Shown: positions 10,202 through 17,284 of the stretch, in pieces
Layout of the letters: every line of letters begins with the position of its first letter
Numbering within the stretch: position 1 is the first letter of the stretch
Assembly: GCA_016927495.1 (NCBI GenBank)
Contig: JAFGMP010000259.1
Location: 1-49,303, forward strand
Direction: 5' to 3'
Length of the DNA: 49,303 nucleotides
DNA from: Candidatus Latescibacterota bacterium
GTDB lineage: Bacteria > Latescibacterota > Latescibacteria > Latescibacterales > Latescibacteraceae
Program-made: the position numbers and the translations under genes
Notes under the pieces: generated by a model
The model's database searches: none
The model's input: only the letters and a program-made list of their open reading frames with translations
What the model was told of the DNA's origin: nothing

Positions 10202-10948
10202 ATGTTGATATCATATTCTCATGGGAAAATCTATCCGGAAGAAATTGTAAAATATCTTGGATTGACCGGCAGGTCATACATGATTATAGCAGAAATCATC
10301 AAGAACAAGGTTACCGTTGAAAAAGCCGGGGATTTTGGGTTGGTCGCATCGGATGAAGAATTACAGAAGTATGCAGATAACTTCAGAAGCCTTCTCAATC
10401 TGTATTCGACGAATGATATGTATCGCTTTCTGGAAAATTCAGGGCTTACGGTTGATGATTTCGAAGCTTTTTGTGAAACTGCAATCCTTGTCGGTCATCT
10501 TAAAAATTACCTGTCAGGCGAAGAAAAAATTAAAGGATATTTTGTCAATAACCGTGCTGATTTTGATCTTGTGAGAATATCATCGATAACCGTTAAGGAG
10601 GAAAATCTGGCAAAAGACTTAATAATGCAGGTTGAAGAGGATGGTGAGGATTTTCATGTGCTTGCAAGAAAATATTCAACGGATGATACTACCAGATATA
10701 CTGGAGGATATATTGGTCTGGTTTCCCGCAAAATTTTTCCTCCGGAAATAACGGCTAAGCTGTTTAATGCGTCCGAAGGAGAATTGATCGGTCCGTTTCA
10801 AAGGGATGATGAGTACCAATTATTATTAGTTGAGGAGGTGTTGAAAGCCGAGCTGAATGAAAATGTCAAAAATGAAATTAAAGATATTATTTTCAATGAA
10901 TGGGTATCATCGTTTTTGAAAAACGGCATAAAAATTACGGAAAATTAA
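10202..10948 (+). CDS. PpiC/parvulin-type peptidyl-prolyl isomerase with SurA-N-like N-terminal domain, no signal peptide
   Basis: 248 aa. Rotamase-like segment FHVLARKYSTDDTTRYTGGYIGLVSRKIFPPEITAKLFNASEGELIGPFQRDDEYQLLLVEEV. The N-terminal ~110 aa are helical and paralogous to the next ORF. No hydrophobic N-terminus. Confidence 0.8.
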   Translation: MLISYSHGKIYPEEIVKYLGLTGRSYMIIAEIIKNKVTVEKAGDFGLVASDEELQKYADNFRSLLNLYSTNDMYRFLENSGLTVDDFEAFCETAILVGHLKNYLSGEEKIKGYFVNNRADFDLVRISSITVKEENLAKDLIMQVEEDGEDFHVLARKYSTDDTTRYTGGYIGLVSRKIFPPEITAKLFNASEGELIGPFQRDDEYQLLLVEEVLKAELNENVKNEIKDIIFNEWVSSFLKNGIKITEN

Positions 10949-11018
10949 CTCAAATAATAAAACATTCAGGTTTATGTAACTATGACTTTTTATGTATTCC
11001 AGCCCGGAGGATTTCATC

Positions 11019-11429
11019 ATGGCAGACATTAACGAGCTTGAAGTAGCTGTTGCTGAAGTTGTAGATTACCTGAGATTATCGGGTGATTTTGGTTCGGCTC
11101 TCCGTGAAGTGGTCAAGCGAAAAATCACAGCGCAGGCAGCAAAGGAAAATGGTCTTACCGTGTCTGATGAGGAGTTGCAGAAAGGTGCGGATACATTTCG
11201 CATTGTTAACAACCTCAGCAAAGCCAGCGATACTGAGAACTGGCTCAAAATAATGGGCGTCAGTATTGACACGTTTGAGGAATTTCTCGAAACCAATCTG
11301 CTTATCAGTAAATTCAAGGATACTCTTGAAACCAAAGGGGATAAGCAAAAATATATCGATTCCGAAGCTATCAAGGAATCAGTCAGAGAAATGATTTATC
11401 AGGACTGGTTAGGTGAGCAATTGAAATAA
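11019..11429 (+). CDS. Stand-alone SurA-N-like domain protein, paralogue of the N-terminus of the preceding PPIase
   Basis: I moved the start to the ATG at 11019, 8 nt after GGAGG (11006..11010). By eye it aligns at ~35-40% identity to aa 12-105 of the 248-aa protein (YL.L.G...GL..SDEELQK.AD.FR...NL...D.FE.F.ET..L). It lacks a rotamase domain. Confidence 0.6.
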   Translation: MADINELEVAVAEVVDYLRLSGDFGSALREVVKRKITAQAAKENGLTVSDEELQKGADTFRIVNNLSKASDTENWLKIMGVSIDTFEEFLETNLLISKFKDTLETKGDKQKYIDSEAIKESVREMIYQDWLGEQLK

Positions 11430-11460
11430 TAGCAGTTTTTGATCAAAGCGGTTCCAATGA

Positions 11461-11492
11461 GCAGGGGCACAAAATTTTGAGCCCCTGCTTTT
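11461..11492 (+). terminator. Rho-independent terminator closing the exporter operon
   Basis: GCAGGGGC-acaaaattttga-GCCCCTGC (8-bp GC-rich stem) followed by TTTT. It sits 32 nt after the stop at 11429, between convergent genes. Confidence 0.7.
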
Positions 11493-11522
11493 GGATTTAT
11501 TAGTGATGAGGATTGTGTATTT

Positions 11523-12767
11523 TTAATTTTCAGGACTCTTTGCTACAGGCCGTAACGTAACCGAACCTATTGCACCGAGAAGCGCTGCTCCTGCCGCCAA
11601 AAGAAAAGCGGGATAAAATGACCCAACGACATCGGCTATGGCGCCTGCGACACTTGGTCCTAACGCCTGGCCAATCCCGAAAAACAGTGTGATAAACCCG
11701 AGCGCGGCCGGTGCAAGCCTCGGGCCGAGGACATCACCACAGGCTGCCGCCATTATTGCCGGTATGCTCCATGCGGTCAGGCCGAAAATAATTGCCGAAA
11801 TCGTAAATCCCATGGGTGTTGCCCATAAAGCGAAAAGGGAGTAAGCGATAGCCTGCAGGATGTAGACGATAAAAAGCGTATATTTACGACCGATAACATC
11901 GGAAACCATACCCCATATCAATCCACACAGCATGCTGAACCATCCCATAACCATGAACAGACGGCCTGCCGCTTCCTGTAAATACCCACCCTCGGATATT
12001 AAATGTTTAAAGAAAAAGGTCATGTAAATGATGTAGGAAAAACCGAAAGCGATATAGACAAAACCCAGATGCCAGACTGGTTTTGATCGGTACACAAGCC
12101 CCCACTGTAATCCCTTTTTCTTCGGAGCAACAGAAGGTGTGTCCGTATCTGATCCGACCGGTTTCAATCCGAGTTCTGAGGGATTGTTACGCAGGAGTAT
12201 ATAGCTGCCAAGCGCAAGTATCAGTGTAACGCCGCCAAAAAAAAGCCAGCAAACGCGCCACCCCTCATTGCCAAATACACTGAGTATATAAGGTACCAGC
12301 GGGCCCAGAACAATAAGTGCTACGGATGATCCCGATGCAGCGATACCGGTTGCCATACCGCGGCGCCGTGTGGAAAACCATGCTGCCATGAGCCCCATAA
12401 CCGGCACATTGCTTGCTCCGCTTCCGATTCCCGTTATAGCGCGCCAGACCGCAATAGTGTAAAAATTATGAGCCAGACCGGTCAGGATCATCGAGCATCC
12501 AGCCAGAGAAAGGCCTGCGGTAATAACCGCTTTCGGTCCGAAACGCGATGCCAGCGCTCCTCCGATTACCGATGTCGCGAGGTAACCTATCAGATTAGCC
12601 GTGGCCAGGGCTCCGGCATGCGTATTTTTGATACCAAGACTCGTCTGCATAGCGGGCAACACCAAAGAGTACCCGAATCGTGCCAGACCCAGCGAGCCGA
12701 ACACAATCAGTACACCCATAATAAGTACCGCCCAGCCATAGTGAATCTTAGTACGGACTAAGGTCAT
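11523..12767 (-). CDS. MFS transporter
   Basis: 414 aa, about 12 hydrophobic helices, Gly/Ala-rich. The loop motif after TM2 is of MFS type (ASRFGPK). Confidence 0.85.
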   Translation of the reverse strand: MTLVRTKIHYGWAVLIMGVLIVFGSLGLARFGYSLVLPAMQTSLGIKNTHAGALATANLIGYLATSVIGGALASRFGPKAVITAGLSLAGCSMILTGLAHNFYTIAVWRAITGIGSGASNVPVMGLMAAWFSTRRRGMATGIAASGSSVALIVLGPLVPYILSVFGNEGWRVCWLFFGGVTLILALGSYILLRNNPSELGLKPVGSDTDTPSVAPKKKGLQWGLVYRSKPVWHLGFVYIAFGFSYIIYMTFFFKHLISEGGYLQEAAGRLFMVMGWFSMLCGLIWGMVSDVIGRKYTLFIVYILQAIAYSLFALWATPMGFTISAIIFGLTAWSIPAIMAAACGDVLGPRLAPAALGFITLFFGIGQALGPSVAGAIADVVGSFYPAFLLAAGAALLGAIGSVTLRPVAKSPEN

Positions 12768-12802
12768 AATGAATTATACCATAAATGTTGTTGTTTGATA
12801 CA

Positions 12803-14182
12803 TCACGCTTTTTTGTCTTCACCGGGTACTGGAATAACCGGATTCGTATCCATTTTGCCCATTGCATATTCGGTCGGTCCGAGTCTCAGATCTGAATCCA
12901 TCATTTCTTTCCAGGTCGTCTCTCTACCGGTATAGGCTGAGATACGACCCATGATTGCACACATTGTCGATTCTGCGGTAAGCCGTGCCTCGTTCAACGG
13001 TTCTCCGGTCCGAACGGATGTTACAAAGTCCACATGTTCCTGATCGTACGGGCTTCGAACATCTTCGAGATAGGTTACCTCATATGGTGCGGGTTCTTTT
13101 GCTTGTCCCGATTCGATTTCAATACATTTCCACTTGACGCTGCCGTCAAGGTTGTAAATGGTATCGGCGCAATTTGTCGATCCCTTGGTTCCGACTATAA
13201 ACTCCGAGACGTTATTGGCGCAGCCGTTGACCTGACGGCACATGCTGTGTGTGTGCATGCCGTCCTCATATTCGAAATCGATGCTGAAATAGTCAAACTG
13301 GTCCCCGGTTACACGACGGGCCCGTCCCCCGAACCCGACCGCTTTAACCGGAAGTTTTCCTGTAAACCAGTTAATAACATCGATATTATGTACATGCTGT
13401 TCCACTATATGATCGCCGGAAAGCCATGTCCAGTTTACCCAGTCACGGATCATCCATTCCATGTCCGACCACCCGGGCTGACGTTCACGGTACCAGAGTT
13501 GATTCTGGTTCCAGTAACAGCGGGCAGCGACGATATCACCTATAGCGCCGTTTGCAACCTGCTTCAGTGTTTCGACATACTTGTCCTGGTGATGACGCTG
13601 GGTGCCGGTTACGACAGTTAAGTTTTTGGTTCTTGCCTGACCGGCAGATTCGATAATGGATTTAGCTCCGACCGGATCGACCGCCACAGGTTTTTCCATG
13701 AAAACATGTTTGTTTGCGGCTACAGCCGCAGCAAAATGTTCTGGCCTGAAATGAGGTGGGGTGGCAATCAGCAGAACGTCGACACCGGAATCAATTACTT
13801 TTTTATAAGCATCGAATCCAACAAACTGGTTTTCCGGGGGGGTGTCCTGGCCGCCCTTACTTTTATCGGTTACCTGTTTTACAGCTTCATCGACACGGTC
13901 CTGAAATACATCGGCGAGCGCGGTAATTCTAAGACTCGGACCGGAGTTGAGAAAATTGAGCGCTGCTCCCCGTCCTCGCCCACCACAGCCGATAAGCCCG
14001 GCTTTAATCATGGCGCCGTCTGGGGCAGTTTTGTGAAGATTGGTTATGCTTGCATTCGATGATTTCGGTTGTGATACCATCGCAGGTTTTGACTTGCCGC
14101 AGCTTGCCGCAATCGCTCCCGTTGCCAATGCTGTTCCGATAAACATACGGCGAGAAAGATCAGATCCCTGTGTACTCATCAT
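12803..14182 (-). CDS. Gfo/Idh/MocA-family oxidoreductase with Tat signal and probable lipobox
   Basis: 459 aa. Twin-arginine motif SRRMFIGTALATGAIAASC. Rossmann segment KAGLIGCGGRGRG. EKP motif (FMEKPVAV) typical of the family. Confidence 0.9.
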   Translation of the reverse strand: MMSTQGSDLSRRMFIGTALATGAIAASCGKSKPAMVSQPKSSNASITNLHKTAPDGAMIKAGLIGCGGRGRGAALNFLNSGPSLRITALADVFQDRVDEAVKQVTDKSKGGQDTPPENQFVGFDAYKKVIDSGVDVLLIATPPHFRPEHFAAAVAANKHVFMEKPVAVDPVGAKSIIESAGQARTKNLTVVTGTQRHHQDKYVETLKQVANGAIGDIVAARCYWNQNQLWYRERQPGWSDMEWMIRDWVNWTWLSGDHIVEQHVHNIDVINWFTGKLPVKAVGFGGRARRVTGDQFDYFSIDFEYEDGMHTHSMCRQVNGCANNVSEFIVGTKGSTNCADTIYNLDGSVKWKCIEIESGQAKEPAPYEVTYLEDVRSPYDQEHVDFVTSVRTGEPLNEARLTAESTMCAIMGRISAYTGRETTWKEMMDSDLRLGPTEYAMGKMDTNPVIPVPGEDKKA

Positions 14183-14235
14183 GTTCTCCTCCTTTTATTT
14201 TCGAAAAAACGGTTAACTTACCCTGAATACATTGT

Positions 14236-15861
14236 TTATTTTGCAGCTACGGTTTCTCCTTCATATTCCCGTACAACACGGAATCCAACATCTTTGCTGT
14301 CTGAATACCACCATACGCTTTTAGGCGACTGCGGGTCGGTCATCATCCACCTGTCATGGTATGTTCTGTCGCGTCTTGCGGATCGCAAATCGGCCGGATC
14401 ACTGTTATAGGAACCGCCTCTTATGACATGTTCTTTTCCTGATGACGGGCCTTTAGGGTTGATGAGGACATCTTCGTTTGAATACTGAATGTATGCATCG
14501 GGTGCATACCAGTCGAGGCAGAATTCCTTAACATTACCTATCATATTATAAAGTCCCCATGGGTTGGGGCCTTTTTTATAGGGTGAATTGGTTCTGAAAT
14601 TGCTGTTTGTCTGTGACCACGCGAGAGAATCAACAGCGCTTGTGTCTTTTCTGAACGTTCTGTTTATCCATGACGTTCTCGTCAGTTTTTCAGGATCACC
14701 ATCAAAATAGTAAGGGCCCGTTGTTCCGGCGCGGCATGCATATTCCCATTCGGCCTCTGTGGGAAGTCTGAATTTTTTGCCGGTGACCTGTGACAGCCAT
14801 CTGCAGTAAGTCTCCGCCGCATGATGAGTCATGGTAATTGCCGGACGGTAACCTTTACCCCAACCCTGATCCGGCGAACCGTAGGGCGGTGTAGGCCCGG
14901 TTATGGCATCGACGCCTGCTGTATCGCTATTAGCGCTTATCGATGCTGTTTTGATGGTATCGGAACTTTCCGTGCCGGTTAAACCCGCTTCGTTTTTGCC
15001 CATTGTAGCCGTTCGTGAATAAAAGATATCGAATTCACGCCATGATACCTCGATTTCACCCATCCAAAACTGACTGACCTGAACTTTACACGGAGGTCCC
15101 TCATCGGGATTACGGAACGGCTCGTCTTCAGGGCTGCCCATGTTAAATGTCCCGGCTTCGATCGCAATCATATCGAATGTCACGTTGGTTCCCGGAATTG
15201 TCTGGGTATAATCTTTGAATTCATCGATATCAAACGGCCGTTCAGGTCGTTTAAATAATTCCTGTTCGCCAATAACAAACTCTTCCTCCACCGCTTCCTC
15301 ACGGTAATGGCCTACAGTTATGTGACAGTTGATACAGCGTAATTTATCAGTATTCTTCATGTAATATTCGTGTGCTTCGACACCTTTAGGAGTCAATTCA
15401 CGGCTGTATAGATCCTGATGACATCGAATACATGAACTGTCGTATGTGTAGGTTACTGCGTGTTCAAGCATCGATTTGGTATCCCAGTCAATGCTTTCCA
15501 CATCTTTGAATGCTGTGCTGTAAGCATCTCTTATTCCAAGACGGGCTTTTTCCGTAAAATAATACAGACCACCTGCCGGCAGGTGACATTCGACACAATG
15601 AATTACAACACCGCTTTCATTTTTATAATGTGTCGATTTTTTCCATGAATAATTTACATGCGGGTGGGCGTGGCACATATTACAGAAATCATCAGTCGAT
15701 GTATATTTAAGTCCTGCGTGACCAAGATATACTATTAACAGACCGAATACAAAACCAAGCAGTATTTGTGAAAATTTTTTAACTAATTTTAAGATTATTC
15801 CAAACAGAAATTTAATTATACTAAAAATAATGCTGATAGGCTTAAAAATTATTTTAATCAT
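14236..15861 (-). CDS. Fusion protein: NapC/NirT-type tetrahaem cytochrome c (N-terminal) and FGE/SUMF1-family domain (C-terminal)
   Basis: 541 aa. It has an N-terminal TM helix and four CxxCH sites (CNMCH aa 60, CVECH 89, CIRCH 144, CINCH 176) with NapC/NirT-like spacing. The C-terminal ~310 aa carry FGE-sulfatase hallmarks (RLPTEAEWEYACRAGT, NPWGLYNMIGNVKEF, RGGSYNS). Confidence 0.85.
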   Translation of the reverse strand: MIKIIFKPISIIFSIIKFLFGIILKLVKKFSQILLGFVFGLLIVYLGHAGLKYTSTDDFCNMCHAHPHVNYSWKKSTHYKNESGVVIHCVECHLPAGGLYYFTEKARLGIRDAYSTAFKDVESIDWDTKSMLEHAVTYTYDSSCIRCHQDLYSRELTPKGVEAHEYYMKNTDKLRCINCHITVGHYREEAVEEEFVIGEQELFKRPERPFDIDEFKDYTQTIPGTNVTFDMIAIEAGTFNMGSPEDEPFRNPDEGPPCKVQVSQFWMGEIEVSWREFDIFYSRTATMGKNEAGLTGTESSDTIKTASISANSDTAGVDAITGPTPPYGSPDQGWGKGYRPAITMTHHAAETYCRWLSQVTGKKFRLPTEAEWEYACRAGTTGPYYFDGDPEKLTRTSWINRTFRKDTSAVDSLAWSQTNSNFRTNSPYKKGPNPWGLYNMIGNVKEFCLDWYAPDAYIQYSNEDVLINPKGPSSGKEHVIRGGSYNSDPADLRSARRDRTYHDRWMMTDPQSPKSVWWYSDSKDVGFRVVREYEGETVAAK

Positions 15862-16164
15862 ATTACTCCGCTCTATCGTTTTAGTTTTCGGCAGTCACCT
15901 CATCTTTATAAGAGATTGTATACCGGACATGTGTAATAATTATCATATTATTTTTATTTTTCTTATGTAGAAATAGAAGATTAACATAAATGATAATACA
16001 AATCAAGAACATTTTTTCTCATATTTTTATCAGAAATTATTATATATACTTGATTAATTGTTGTTTTGGATTAATCTTATAAAATTCCTGTTCTGTATAG
16101 TTACAGTACAAATGTGATTATCAAATATTTCTTATTTTAACAATTTGTCGCAAAAGGGAAAAGC

Positions 16165-17271
16165 ATGTACGAAGATTGCATCTGGATTGATTTTGAAACA
16201 ATGGACCATTTCATGGTTGATGTTTTCAAAGGTGTCGGTGTTCCTGAAGATGAGGCAAAAATTTGCGCTGATGTCCTGATTACATCCGATAAACGCGGCA
16301 TCGATTCTCACGGCATCGCCCGGTTGAAAACAATCTATTACGATAGAATACGAATCGGAATTCAGCAACCGTTTACCCATTACGAAATTATAAAGGAAGG
16401 TCCGACTACGGCGGTCATCGACGGCCATGACGGTATGGGGCATGTTATCGGCTATAAATCGATGGGAAAAGCCATTGAAAAGGCCCGTGCATATGGTATG
16501 GGTATGGTGGCGGTCAGAAACTCGACGCATTACGGTATAGCGGGATATTATGCCCTTATGGCGGTTAACGCAGGTATGGTTGGTATAAGCGGTACGAATG
16601 CACGACCGTCGGTTGCGCCCACTTTTGGAGTCGAAAATATGCTCGGTACCAATGCGCTGACATTCGGAATGCCCTCGGACGAGGAATTTCCCTTTGTGCT
16701 GGACTGTGCAACATCGCTCACCCAACGGGGAAAAATCGAAGTATATGACCGTGAAGGTAAAACATTGCCCGCGGGATGGGTCATAGATCACACCGGCAAG
16801 ACAAGAACCGACACTCATCAGATTCTCGACGATCTGGTTAAAGGTACTGCCGCACTCACTCCGCTTGGCGGAATAGGTGAGGAAACTGCGGGATACAAGG
16901 GCTACGGTTATTCTACTGTTGTTGAAATACTCTCCGCTGCTCTTCAGGGGGGCAGTTTTCTGAAAATGCTTTCCGGCTGGGATAAAAGCCGGCAGGTACC
17001 GCACCGTCTCGGTCACTTTTTTATTGCAATCGACATCTCTGCGTTCACCGAGCTTGAGTCTTTTAAGAAAACAACGGGTGATATTTTACGGGCGCTCCGT
17101 GCATCGAAAAAGATGCCTGAGGAAAGCAGGATATACACAGCCGGTGAAAAAGAACATATGGCGTGGCTGGAAAGAAAGGATAAAGGCGTTCCCGTAAACA
17201 GGGTATTGCAGAAAGAAATGATTATTATGCGTGATGAACTGAATTTGAGCGGATATGACTTCCCATTTTAA
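16165..17271 (+). CDS. Ldh_2-family (malate/L-lactate/sulfolactate dehydrogenase type 2) oxidoreductase
   Basis: 368 aa. DSHGIARL motif near the N-terminus, then NSTHYGIAGYY and GTNA segments typical of the Ldh_2 family. Confidence 0.8.
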   Translation: MYEDCIWIDFETMDHFMVDVFKGVGVPEDEAKICADVLITSDKRGIDSHGIARLKTIYYDRIRIGIQQPFTHYEIIKEGPTTAVIDGHDGMGHVIGYKSMGKAIEKARAYGMGMVAVRNSTHYGIAGYYALMAVNAGMVGISGTNARPSVAPTFGVENMLGTNALTFGMPSDEEFPFVLDCATSLTQRGKIEVYDREGKTLPAGWVIDHTGKTRTDTHQILDDLVKGTAALTPLGGIGEETAGYKGYGYSTVVEILSAALQGGSFLKMLSGWDKSRQVPHRLGHFFIAIDISAFTELESFKKTTGDILRALRASKKMPEESRIYTAGEKEHMAWLERKDKGVPVNRVLQKEMIIMRDELNLSGYDFPF

Positions 17272-17284
17272 CATGGAGGGAGAC

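Noticed and set aside
11019-11084. The N-terminus of the 136-aa protein (MADINELEVAVAEVVDYLRLSG|D) as a double-glycine leader, which would make it the PCAT cargo
   Set aside because: It has Ser-Gly in place of Gly-Gly/Ala and Arg at -4 where a hydrophobic residue is expected. The same YL.L(S/T)G segment is an internal, alignable part of the paralogous domain in the 248-aa protein. It is more likely structural than a cleavable leader. This is not excluded experimentally.
16132-17016. 294-aa ORF antisense to the Ldh_2 gene
   Set aside because: It lies entirely within a well-supported plus-strand gene. Its translation is Arg/Ser/Cys-rich with no recognisable motif. This is a typical shadow ORF of a moderately GC-rich coding region.
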